Source: Promethearchaeota archaeon (GTDB lineage: Archaea; Asgardarchaeota; Lokiarchaeia; Sigyniarchaeales; SOKP01). Taken from it: a stretch of 44,685 bases of DNA. Position 1 is the first letter of the stretch. Every line of letters begins with the position of its first letter. The notes beneath the pieces were generated by a model, which was not told the DNA's origin, did not search any database, and saw only the letters and a list, made by a program, of their open reading frames with translations. The stretch spans positions 1 through 44,685 of the forward strand of contig SOKP01000012.1 in NCBI GenBank assembly GCA_004375715.1, written 5' to 3'. Shown in pieces: positions 16,879-26,541 of the stretch. A program made the position numbers and the translations under genes.

Positions 16879-19062
16879 TTAGTAAATTTTGATATTAATA
16901 TTAATCTCCAGTTCTTTACTAAGTTTAAACTGAGGTATCACATTTATACCTTGGTAAATCGTTATGTAACCCTCATCAGTGAATGCATATGTAAAGATCG
17001 GAAATTTTAATATTTCTATTAATTCAGTATCTGCCTTTGTTTCGCTTTGTAGCAAATATTCAAGGTTTAAATTATAAGAGATATCTTGGGCTTTAAAATG
17101 GTTCCCTGTATATTGAAATGGTTTAATTAATTCATTTTTTGACTCATTTAAAAAAAGCAATTGGTTGCTTTCCCATTGAAATTTAACAGGATCACCATTA
17201 AAAAAGAAAGGAAGATCAATTCCTAAGTTCAAATTGTTGATGAGATTTTGGACCAAATCTTCTTTTTCAGGTATTTTCTCGAACTTAATTTTTAGACTTA
17301 TTTTAATTTGATTTTCCTCTACTTTTATTTCCTTAACGATAGAACAAGGATAAGATTCATTAGTACTTGGAACGATTACACTTCCTTTTTGTTCTAACTC
17401 TATAACCGCTGAGTTTCCATTTTTTTCATTTTTAATAATAGAAAATTCACCATCAGCAAACGATCCGTATTCTCTATATCGGTCTGCTTCGATAGCTTCG
17501 AATGTATCGTTCTTGTGATAAAATCTTACCCTAAGCATGTTTTTCTTAAATCTATCAACCATTATTTTATCTCTATCGACATCCTCGTTATCATGATACG
17601 CTTCAGGCCACCGAGTTAATGTGTTTAAAAGGTTATAAGATTTTGGTTTATAGTCTATCTCAAAAATGGTGCCCCCGTCCGAGGGATTAATGTAAACATT
17701 TAAAAGATCGGATTCAATTACGATATCCAATCTACTGTCTTTGTTGAAGTCTATAGGTATAACTGACATATATTTATTTTCTAAGGAAAGGAAATTCGTA
17801 TTCAGATTGTCAATGATGATTTCAGAATTGATGAGGTGAGTATAAACGGAAAACCGTAAAAATTGTAAATAGACACCACCAAATAAGCCATGCCAATAGC
17901 AATCGTTGCATTGTGATTTGTAGATTTCTGTCCAAGCTTCTTTTATTAATTCATTCGCTTCATTTCTACTTTCTTGCCCCACCAACTTATCTAAATTCTT
18001 TTCAACAACAATGAGTTTATCTCTAACATGGAGCATTTTCTTATGCATATTATTTGACTCGGGATATTTGACTAAGAAATATCTCCAGAAGCCTCCTCTT
18101 AAGAATAGATATTCGTCCTGTTTTTCAGGATCCCACCTTACCCTCTCTCTAATCTTCGTAAAAGCTTTCCTCTCCTTAGTTGGTAAAACCCATCTTTCCA
18201 TTTTATCGTAACTTGCGGTTGGTAGATATATTAAACTTTTCGCGGGATATTTATCCATATATTCCGAAAGCGTAATAGACTTTATCCAGTTATTGCTGAT
18301 TATTTGATCGAAGAAAGCGGGAATAAATGGTTTCCCATTGTCTCCCTCTTCATGACCTTGAATGTAACATATGTGGTGTGTAGTTGCCCAAACTCCCATT
18401 TTTTCTGCATCAGATATGAATACAACGCACCTATCACCTTTTTCATTCGCAGCATTTTTCAAATATTCAATTGACATATATGTAGGCTTCCAAGGGGCTA
18501 AATACCTTAAAGCCTCATTGATAGGAAAGACTCTTAGAGTTTTTCCGTCATCCTCTGTAATATAGGAATAGAAAGTCTCTTTTTGAGTAATACCGGTTGA
18601 GCGAAAATGATTATCATCAACAATCACATATTTCAAACCAGTATCATTTAAGAAAGAAGGGTAATTGGGTTCCCACACCCTCTCAGATAGCCACGCACCT
18701 CTTACTTCTAATCCGAATTCTTTTTTAATTAGATCAGATAGTTTTTTCAGTTGAGCTATTCTATCGCGATAAGGGATAATTGCGAATATAGGCTCATAAT
18801 AACCCCCTCCAATAATTTCGATTTGTCCTCTTTTCGCCATAACTTTTAGTTTCTCAATAAACTCTGGCTTGTTTTCGAGAAGCCACTCTAATAAATTTCC
18901 AGAAAAATGTAGCGTGAATTTAATATCTGAAAATTCAAAAATATTATCGATAAGGGGTATATATGATTTCTGATAAACATCTTCATAAATTAAATCTTTT
19001 TGATCAACGGGTTGATGAAAATGGAATATTATCGGCACATTCACGCTTAGTTCCCTTTCCAT
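16879..19062 (-). CDS. GH57 family 4-alpha-glucanotransferase / alpha-amylase
   Basis: HFHQP, GGGYYEP, WLSERVW (nucleophile Glu), DAEKMG (acid/base Asp), QCNDCYWHGLFGGVY, and a C-terminal beta-sandwich. GAGG SD-like sequence upstream. Confidence 0.92.
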   Translation of the reverse strand: MERELSVNVPIIFHFHQPVDQKDLIYEDVYQKSYIPLIDNIFEFSDIKFTLHFSGNLLEWLLENKPEFIEKLKVMAKRGQIEIIGGGYYEPIFAIIPYRDRIAQLKKLSDLIKKEFGLEVRGAWLSERVWEPNYPSFLNDTGLKYVIVDDNHFRSTGITQKETFYSYITEDDGKTLRVFPINEALRYLAPWKPTYMSIEYLKNAANEKGDRCVVFISDAEKMGVWATTHHICYIQGHEEGDNGKPFIPAFFDQIISNNWIKSITLSEYMDKYPAKSLIYLPTASYDKMERWVLPTKERKAFTKIRERVRWDPEKQDEYLFLRGGFWRYFLVKYPESNNMHKKMLHVRDKLIVVEKNLDKLVGQESRNEANELIKEAWTEIYKSQCNDCYWHGLFGGVYLQFLRFSVYTHLINSEIIIDNLNTNFLSLENKYMSVIPIDFNKDSRLDIVIESDLLNVYINPSDGGTIFEIDYKPKSYNLLNTLTRWPEAYHDNEDVDRDKIMVDRFKKNMLRVRFYHKNDTFEAIEADRYREYGSFADGEFSIIKNEKNGNSAVIELEQKGSVIVPSTNESYPCSIVKEIKVEENQIKISLKIKFEKIPEKEDLVQNLINNLNLGIDLPFFFNGDPVKFQWESNQLLFLNESKNELIKPFQYTGNHFKAQDISYNLNLEYLLQSETKADTELIEILKFPIFTYAFTDEGYITIYQGINVIPQFKLSKELEININIKIY

Positions 19063-19177
19063 TTAGGCCTCCTCACATTAATTTTATAGTATTTTAGGGT
19101 TTAGAGCAATTTGTGAGATTTTTAGATTTTACTATTTACTAAACTAAATACAGATTGAAATTTAAAATTATAAAGAA

Positions 19178-19372
19178 TCATAAATTTAAAAAATGATCTA
19201 AATCAAGTTGTTTTTCTTTAGAATCTTTTTTATATATTACACCAAAATTGAGATAATCACTAAAATCTTCTTTAATTAAGCCTTTTTTGGTTAAAACTTC
19301 TTTTAGTTCTTCAGTATTATGAATATTAATAGAAGTTAAATCATAGATATTTTTAATCTACTGTACATTCAT
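19178..19372 (-). pseudogene. Possible gene remnant: 65-codon frame interrupted by TAG at codon 5, ending in a PIP-box-like KQLDLDHFL
   Basis: Hand translation MNVQ*IKNIYDLTSINIHNTEELKEVLTKKGLIKEDFSDYLNFGVIYKKDSKEKQLDLDHFLNL*. Confidence 0.3.
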
Positions 19373-19487
19373 ACCTTTAGATTGAAAAATTATTGAAATA
19401 TGTATTTTTCAAATATATTTCATCGAATTAAAAAGCACTGAGATTAAGAAATCTAATTGTAAATAATGAAATAATTGGTTTGTAATT

Positions 19488-21224
19488 ATGAGAGATTTTT
19501 TTGATAAAAATTTATTCCAACAAGTATTTAATTCTAACGAGTTTAAAGGATGGCTTCTTTCGAGAAGATGGTTTGGTGATAAATCGTTATTATCAAATTT
19601 ATTGTTTAAGATAAAAGTTTACTACTTCCATATCATTTCAGAACGTATTTTTTTAACGATAATCGATGTTACCTACGATGAATATTCTAGAAAATACTTC
19701 TTGCCTATCATAGTCTACGAAAAAATTCAAGATATACTTGAACCTAACGAAAATACTAGAGAAAATGTTGTTAAACTAACTGAAAACACATTCAGCAAAA
19801 TATTAGCACTAAATGTGCATGATAATCAAAAAGAAAAGATAGTTTACCTGAATCTTGTTGAAGCAGAGTATTGCGTGTTATTCTGGAAGAAAATGTTATT
19901 TGATAAAACAATTTCTGAAACATTCCCTAGCATGTCTTTAGAACTCACACTATTTACTGAACAGTTTGAAGACGAATTTAATATGCTGAAGGTACGCAAT
20001 TTAATTGAAGCTAGTTTATATCCTGAACGGTATGAATATGGGTTACAGCAGCTAGGTGGAGGGAATACTACAAATTTGTTATTTTCATTAAAAGTATCAA
20101 ATAAGAAAAAATCGCACGAAAAACCTATTTCATATGTTTTAAAATCGTATAAAGATTTTTCAGGAAGTTTGGAACCAAGGAAATTGTTTGTTTTAGTAAA
20201 AAACAATTTTCCAAATGCTCCAAAAATATATGGTATGATAAAATTAGAAGATAGAGAAACAATTGGGATACTTGAAGATGTCCCAAACAGCGGAAATTTG
20301 GGAGACATCTATTGGAATGAGCTTAATATCATGATGAATTCGATTTTTGAAGTTGTTGATGGCGATGATCCCTCCTTAAGTAATAAAGAGAAAATATCGG
20401 GTTATATAAAAAACTACTGTGTTAATTCTTTACATGTGTCTGAAAAAATAGGACTCCAGATCAAAAAGTTACACGAAGCCTTAATTCTACAGAGTGATCC
20501 GCTATATTCAAAGGAAAAAGTCTTAAGCGTGGACTATTTAAAAGATTACACGAGCAAATTACTTGAGATGGTAGAAAGAATGCAAGAAACCATGAGTAGA
20601 GGTGCTGAAGGTGCTTTTTATTCCTCGCCTAAGGTTTTATCTATTTTAATTGACATCAAGGACATCATTGAGAAATTCCGTTCCGAATTTAAAGCGGATA
20701 CAATTAATATTCAACCAGTTCATCAAGATCTCCACTTCCAACAAATTCTTGTTAACAAATCTGACGGCGAATATATGTTCTATTTTATTGATTTTGAGGG
20801 AGATCCGCAACTCGATAATAAGGAAAAAGAAAAAAAGTTCCCAATAGAAAAAGATTTAGGCAGTTTTTTAAGATCACTTAGTTATATTAAATTTAATACC
20901 CTGCTTAAGTTTATTGAGGATAAATTAATAGATAAAGGTAAGATTGAAGTTTCAGCGGAATTCCTTTTTAATCTCTACTTCAGAAAGTCTTCAAAAGTCA
21001 CGAAAAAGCAAAAAATTTTGGAAAATGCGTTAAAAATCCTAAATGTGTGGGAGAATAAATTAATGGGCAAAATTTTTGATCAAAGTCCAGACCTTCAAAT
21101 TACTTTGATTAATTATTTTACGATTGAAAGAGTATTACACGAATTATCTTACGAACTGCTTTTTAGACCTGACAAAATTCTTATTCCAATTCTTGGTTTG
21201 AAGGAAATTATAGATAAGTATTAA
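19488..21224 (+). CDS. Maltokinase-like (Mak/Pep2) sugar phosphotransferase
   Basis: N-terminal WLLSRRWFGDKS (Mak N-cap), YVLK lysine, HQDLHFQQIL catalytic loop, IDFEGDP, DLGSFLRSLSY, ERVLHELSYEL. Confidence 0.8.
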   Translation: MRDFFDKNLFQQVFNSNEFKGWLLSRRWFGDKSLLSNLLFKIKVYYFHIISERIFLTIIDVTYDEYSRKYFLPIIVYEKIQDILEPNENTRENVVKLTENTFSKILALNVHDNQKEKIVYLNLVEAEYCVLFWKKMLFDKTISETFPSMSLELTLFTEQFEDEFNMLKVRNLIEASLYPERYEYGLQQLGGGNTTNLLFSLKVSNKKKSHEKPISYVLKSYKDFSGSLEPRKLFVLVKNNFPNAPKIYGMIKLEDRETIGILEDVPNSGNLGDIYWNELNIMMNSIFEVVDGDDPSLSNKEKISGYIKNYCVNSLHVSEKIGLQIKKLHEALILQSDPLYSKEKVLSVDYLKDYTSKLLEMVERMQETMSRGAEGAFYSSPKVLSILIDIKDIIEKFRSEFKADTINIQPVHQDLHFQQILVNKSDGEYMFYFIDFEGDPQLDNKEKEKKFPIEKDLGSFLRSLSYIKFNTLLKFIEDKLIDKGKIEVSAEFLFNLYFRKSSKVTKKQKILENALKILNVWENKLMGKIFDQSPDLQITLINYFTIERVLHELSYELLFRPDKILIPILGLKEIIDKY

Positions 21225-21249
21225 TTTACTTTGCTTTAATTTTAAATTT

Positions 21250-21858
21250 TTAGCTTTCTTTATTGATTCTTGCGAATTCATATGAGTAATGTGACGAAGA
21301 AATGTCTAATTTTTTAATCTGATTTTTATACTTTTGACGCAAACTTTTATTCCCTTTCATTTCTTCTTCGATGTAATTCGGATTCAATTCTTTTTGTTCA
21401 AATAATCGCCACAAAAAAGCTTCAGCAAATCTAGTAGGTCCAAATTTCTTTTCTATCAGCACATAGTTGCTTTCATCAAGTAAGTTATTAAAAAATCCTA
21501 GATTATCGCAAAAATCAATCTTGTATTGTAGGTCCTCTTGTTTTCCATAGATTCTAGCAATATCGTTAATAAATCTTCCTAGCTTATCTCCAAAGTTTAT
21601 TTGATCCGTTTCATCCAAGCGTTCAAGAAGATTTCTAAGAAAACTCCTTTTAATTACGACTAAATCACGATCGTTTAATGATTGAATTGTTGATTTGCGT
21701 TTTAAGAAGTATTTGCTAAGCTCTAGATAATTTTTAATAAGGCTATTTTTATTAATACCCATTCGATCTTTCATTCTATCTAAATTTTCATTCAATTCTT
21801 GATCTATCCTTATTGTAATAACTTTGGTTTTCTTTTTTGGTTCAATATCTTTGCTCAA
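21250..21858 (-). CDS. Ribbon-helix-helix DNA-binding protein with an extra C-terminal domain
   Basis: N-terminal KVITIRIDQELNENLDRMKDRMGINKNSLIKNYL fits the RHH pattern; TTG start. Confidence 0.65.
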   Translation of the reverse strand: MSKDIEPKKKTKVITIRIDQELNENLDRMKDRMGINKNSLIKNYLELSKYFLKRKSTIQSLNDRDLVVIKRSFLRNLLERLDETDQINFGDKLGRFINDIARIYGKQEDLQYKIDFCDNLGFFNNLLDESNYVLIEKKFGPTRFAEAFLWRLFEQKELNPNYIEEEMKGNKSLRQKYKNQIKKLDISSSHYSYEFARINKES

Positions 21859-22474
21859 CGGCCATCACTTCAAATTAGAATAGTAGTAATATTTGTATGC
21901 ATTTATAATCGTATGCAACAATTGTAAGTAATGTAACCTAACTAATATAATTTTGTGATCTGGTAGTGGGATATTTATGTGAATTTGTCATCTTTAAATT
22001 TTATTACCAGCAGGTATTTTGACTACGGTTAAAGGCATTTTTCAGTAAAAATCAGCTTGTACCGATAAGCAATCATAGATTGCGTAGCAATATTGGCCCA
22101 TTATTTTTGTATTAATAATAGTGTAAAAAAATTTGCAATTCGTTAAATGTAATTCTTTTTTAAATAAACACCTTTTTGAATAAAATTGACGATCAAATAT
22201 TAAGCGCACATGAATAAAAAAAGCGATTACATAATAAATCAATCAATTTAAGAAGCTATTTGATCAAATTGAATAAAAATTTAATGATCCCACATTTTTG
22301 ACAATTTTCATTTTGCACTATTTCTTACGCATTGTTTGTAATTATTGTAACTATTATAGTTAAATGTTATCAAATGAATATTGAAATAGACTTATAAGGA
22401 TAAGTTAACTTTGTAAATATGTGTCCTAAGATCAAAGTTCTTCTAAGATTGTAGTAAAGGGTTGAAAATTAATT

Positions 22475-22855
22475 ATGGAGTTAAGTGAACCTAACTTATC
22501 GAGTAATGAAATAACAGACTCAGATTTAAATGAAGTAGAAATCGGAAATGTTTTAGAATTAGAATTATTCGATGATAGTCACAATTCATTAAAATCGAAT
22601 GTTACTGTTGAAGATGTCGTGAAAGCGCTTTCTTCACAAACAAGACGCCTTATTTTACGCCAGATTCAGAACTCGAAGGAAGGAATGGATGTTTCTAATA
22701 TTGCTTCGTCATTAAACATGACCGAAGCTAATATTTCTGCTCAAATTAAAAAACTTCATGAAGCGGGTTTAATTTTTTGTAAATATTGTTCGGGTAATCA
22801 TGGAGTAAGAAAAATTAGTAATATAAAATTTAGTCAAATAATTATTAATTTGTAA
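22475..22855 (+). CDS. ArsR/SmtB-like winged-helix regulator
   Basis: KALSSQTRRLIL...VSNIASSLNMTEANISAQIKKLHEAGLI. Confidence 0.85.
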   Translation: MELSEPNLSSNEITDSDLNEVEIGNVLELELFDDSHNSLKSNVTVEDVVKALSSQTRRLILRQIQNSKEGMDVSNIASSLNMTEANISAQIKKLHEAGLIFCKYCSGNHGVRKISNIKFSQIIINL

Positions 22856-22894
22856 CTACACCTATTCCTTTTGCCAAATAATTTAGGGATAAAG

Positions 22895-24055
22895 TTAATT
22901 CTGCTGGAAACTCGAAATCAGTATATTCTTAATGTTTTCAAAATGTCCTAAGTTAATCAACAGTAAATCGTTTAATGCATCTGTCAATCCTGCAATTTCT
23001 ATTTTTTCAACAATTTTATAGTAAGGACTTTTTTTCAGACGTTTTATTAGAGCCTTATTTTCTTCAATTCCACCCAATAAATAATCTCTACATTTTATTT
23101 CCTTGCTTCCAACTATCCTTTGAATAATAGCAAGCAACATTGTATCAAAGGTGACCCTTAGTATGATTTCTCGGTCAAAATCCTTTTTAATTTTAAACAG
23201 ATAATCTTTTAGTAGTAAAATTGATTCTTTAAAAAGTTCAATTGAATCGTTCCCAAGTTTTTCAATTCTTTCCTTAAATTCAGCCTTTTTTGTTGTAATC
23301 AAACATATTGCTGAAACAGTTTGGTATTCAGCGACAAAATGGATGAACCTTGCCTTGGTGTTAAGCGTAGTATCTTTAGACTCAGCACCTTTTAGCAAAT
23401 CGTCGAGGTTAGCTAAGGATTTTTTGAAATAGGTAGAAATAGTATAAAATTTTTCTGCCGCAGCTTCGAATTCTTTATTTACTATTAAGATTCGAGCTCG
23501 TTTTTCTTCTTCTTGATAAAGTTCGTCAAATTCATTGATTTTCATTACAGCTTTTAATATTAATCGTTTTCCTTTATCTTTTGTAATGTGAGATCGTTCA
23601 AGTGCTTGTCCCGCCTCTAATAGGAGTATTGAAGACAAGCTATAATATTCTTCTGGATCTGATTCATATAAATAATCTGATGCGTTTTTCCAACTTTCAC
23701 CAGCTGTTTCCCAGTCTCGCATTCGAAAAGAGATATTTCCTAGCTGGATTAATAGTTTTGCCGATATCTCATATAGTTTTAATTCTTCAGTTTTTCGAAT
23801 AATTGATTTTAAGCGATAAGTTGCTTGAATATTGTTCTTAAATTGCGATATAATTTGAGTTATTCTAATATAGATTTCATCTAACTTAAGATAACCACCT
23901 AAATCAAGGTAAATCTGAGCTGCTTTCTCGTATTCTTTAATAGATTCATCTCCCTTCCCTTTATCCGCTAATTCTTCAGCATAGTCAATTAATCTGATCG
24001 CTTCAGCTTCCTTTTCATCTTTATCGTCGTTGTTATACATAATCAAATTCACCAA
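22895..24055 (-). CDS. Alpha-helical TPR/SNAP-like repeat protein
   Basis: Repeated helical hairpins with TPR-like spacing (YEKAAQIYLDLG; LIQLGNIS..WETAGESWKNA; FEAAAEKFYTISTYF). Confidence 0.55.
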   Translation of the reverse strand: MVNLIMYNNDDKDEKEAEAIRLIDYAEELADKGKGDESIKEYEKAAQIYLDLGGYLKLDEIYIRITQIISQFKNNIQATYRLKSIIRKTEELKLYEISAKLLIQLGNISFRMRDWETAGESWKNASDYLYESDPEEYYSLSSILLLEAGQALERSHITKDKGKRLILKAVMKINEFDELYQEEEKRARILIVNKEFEAAAEKFYTISTYFKKSLANLDDLLKGAESKDTTLNTKARFIHFVAEYQTVSAICLITTKKAEFKERIEKLGNDSIELFKESILLLKDYLFKIKKDFDREIILRVTFDTMLLAIIQRIVGSKEIKCRDYLLGGIEENKALIKRLKKSPYYKIVEKIEIAGLTDALNDLLLINLGHFENIKNILISSFQQN

Positions 24056-24187
24056 GACATTTAGATAAATCAGTATAGATTAAATTTATATTTCTATTAA
24101 GTAATCCAAATACGATAGTTCTTTAGTTATTGAATGAAATTAAGCTTATTTAAATTTTGATCATAAAAAGAGAATTCTATTCATGCT

Positions 24188-25069
24188 CTATAAATTATCA
24201 AATAGTCTAATATTCTCTTTTTTCATTACTTTTTTAAGTTCAATAGCCTGATAGACAGACGCAAAGCATTCTCTTGCGTCTTCAATTGCTCCATAAAAAA
24301 TAAAATTAGAATACCAAGAAGCTATAAACATTATACTCGCTTTCCGAGCCTTTGTGTGAAATTTTTTGTTTAATCTAGGCGAAGAATATTTAAAGAGAAA
24401 AAGGGTTGGTGCGGTACCTACAGGGAGTTTGAGAGCGCGACTAACAATTTGTTGAGTTTCAAGGATGTGTGAGAAACTTTCAATATCAATAACTCCGCCA
24501 TCAATCCATATTTTTTCAATCCCAATTTTCTGTAATCCTTCTATGATGCTGGTATTTCCAGGTTGGTTATTCTCTGTAATGTAATTGTATCTCTGACTCG
24601 ATCGCATGTTAGTAGGACCAAGTATTAGAACTACAGCTGATTTAATCCCAAATTTCTTGATTAACTCAGTTTCTTTTATATTTTTGAGATTTGATATAGA
24701 ATTGTAAATATAATCGTCTGGTTTTATCCCTCGTTCGTTTAAATGTTCAACTCCAGCAATTCTTGCTTCGAAACTACCACCTAAAACAAAGGGAGGGTCA
24801 TATAAATCTAAATAAAAATCTAAATATTTCACCATTGCTTCAGGAGTTGTAGCAGAGATTTCAATCAAATCTGAGAGTTTATATTGAGAGGCTAGACTCT
24901 TTTGAGCATCAATTCTTTTTCTTGCTTTAGATTCATCAAATTGTAGCCCATTTTTTCTATCAACCAATGTTTGGCCTTGGTAAAACATTGTACCAATTAA
25001 AATGGGGGGTAAGGTAAAATTACCGCATCCTAACTTAACATTGCCGTATAAATAATAGTCCTCATTCAT
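24188..25069 (-). CDS. MtrH/MtgA-family pterin-binding methyltransferase (divergent)
   Basis: PPILIGTMFYQGQTLV...FDESKA, TPEAMVKYLDF, IYNSI, LPVGTAP, FIFYGAIE match MtrH-family blocks. No other mtr subunits nearby. Confidence 0.75.
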   Translation of the reverse strand: MNEDYYLYGNVKLGCGNFTLPPILIGTMFYQGQTLVDRKNGLQFDESKARKRIDAQKSLASQYKLSDLIEISATTPEAMVKYLDFYLDLYDPPFVLGGSFEARIAGVEHLNERGIKPDDYIYNSISNLKNIKETELIKKFGIKSAVVLILGPTNMRSSQRYNYITENNQPGNTSIIEGLQKIGIEKIWIDGGVIDIESFSHILETQQIVSRALKLPVGTAPTLFLFKYSSPRLNKKFHTKARKASIMFIASWYSNFIFYGAIEDARECFASVYQAIELKKVMKKENIRLFDNL

Positions 25070-25167
25070 GGTTGCTTCAAAGCATAAATGTGTATTTAAG
25101 AAATTATATTTTACATCAATTATAATTTATCTCATTTAATTGAGTAGATGCAACTATGTTGTTGACA

Positions 25168-26367
25168 TTAAAATTGATGCAATTTCACTCCACAGTTTTT
25201 ACAGCGACTATCAGTTAAATCTTTAAAACAGTGCTCATGGTAAAGGGTTTTGCAATTATCACATCTTAAGATATTTTGCCCTTCCTCAAATATAAAATTA
25301 CACACCGGGCACGAGTTAAACATATCATCCGAATCTAAATCGTTAAAATTGATTAGTTCTACATGTGAAAGTTCGGGTGGTTTAGGGTCTTTTTTAGATT
25401 TTATTCTTGGTCTAACAAGAGAGGTGAGCTTTTGAACTTGAGATACTTCAGTTGGAATTTTTAACAAATAAAAGCAATGAGGACATCGAACAGTTCCCGC
25501 TTGTTTCATTTTGATGTCTTTTTGGGAATTAGCCCAAGAAGATAAGCAATGAATATGATACGGAGCTTGACAATTTGGGCAATAGCGACCGCTAACATAA
25601 AAGGAACTCTTAGTGTAGGGATTTAAATTTGAAAAGCAGATCGAGCATTTTTTATAATCTACTAAGCCTCTTATCTGTAACAAACGTTGTTCTTGATCTT
25701 TTGTCAAATCTTGGACTCTTAAAAGATCAGCTGATATTTTTCTAAGAAAAGCAGGATTCTCAATAACTGAGGATGCTCCATCGCCATAAGTTTTAATATT
25801 AGATCCTGCTAAGTCATGAGCCGCTTGTAGTAAAGATTGAGCGTCATTATTGTAATAATAATTTCCCCCTGTGAGGTCGCTCATCCTTTTTAAGATATTG
25901 AGAGGAGAAAGTTCACCCAATCGAAATGTATCTATTTTTACGTTTAATCCTTGAGCTAAACGTGCCATTTTCAATGGATCAATAGAAGTCGTAGTAAAAT
26001 TGCCATCCGAAATAACAAGGATTCGAGGAATTTTAGCGGCGATCTTCCGTAATTCAGAAATAATTAATTTTATAGAAAGCCCTAAGGCTTCTCCCAAAGC
26101 AGATTTTCCCGAAACTTCTAAAACATCTAATACTTCAAAAAGTTTATTTTTATCGTTTGTAAAATCTATTATTTTTTTTGGCTTATTCGAAAAATTTATA
26201 ACTGCAAACGCGCTCGAGGAATCTTGAACAATTCTCTCACTAATTAACTTTTTTAAAGCATCAATACTACAAGTTAATCGATTTGGGGTGTAATCTGCGC
26301 GATACATCGATCTGGAGGTGTCGATGCAAACAACTATGTTTTCAGGATGAAATTCTTGAGATGCCAT
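25168..26367 (-). CDS. vWA-domain protein with two C-terminal RING-like zinc-binding modules (Ssl1/p44- or Rpn10-like vWA)
   Basis: MIDAS-like DTSRSM, DYTPNRL, ISDG, LTGGNYY. Then CSIC..CPNC..HIHC..CPHC and CPVC..CDNC..HEHC..CKNC. Confidence 0.8.
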   Translation of the reverse strand: MASQEFHPENIVVCIDTSRSMYRADYTPNRLTCSIDALKKLISERIVQDSSSAFAVINFSNKPKKIIDFTNDKNKLFEVLDVLEVSGKSALGEALGLSIKLIISELRKIAAKIPRILVISDGNFTTTSIDPLKMARLAQGLNVKIDTFRLGELSPLNILKRMSDLTGGNYYYNNDAQSLLQAAHDLAGSNIKTYGDGASSVIENPAFLRKISADLLRVQDLTKDQEQRLLQIRGLVDYKKCSICFSNLNPYTKSSFYVSGRYCPNCQAPYHIHCLSSWANSQKDIKMKQAGTVRCPHCFYLLKIPTEVSQVQKLTSLVRPRIKSKKDPKPPELSHVELINFNDLDSDDMFNSCPVCNFIFEEGQNILRCDNCKTLYHEHCFKDLTDSRCKNCGVKLHQF

Positions 26368-26541
26368 TCGGACAAATTCACTTTTACTAAAGCCCGTAAT
26401 TACTTCTAATTTTTATATGAAACAAATAGAATAAAAAATTATGTTTTTCCACAAAACTAAAATTTTATTAATTAGATATTTTACTATAAAATTAAGTTAC
26501 ACTATAAATTAAAGTAAAATTGATATTAAATCCGATGTATC

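Noticed and set aside
19844-20308. 154-aa minus-strand ORF, and the other short ORFs nested in or antisense to long genes (e.g. 9426..9797, 38450..38746, 40247..40585, 44320..44610)
   Set aside because: Fully overlap well-supported genes and have the Ser/Phe/Ile-rich composition typical of shadow frames.
22419-22454. 11-codon uORF (MCPKIKVLLRL) upstream of the ArsR gene
   Set aside because: Short enough to arise by chance, with no codon bias or associated structure.
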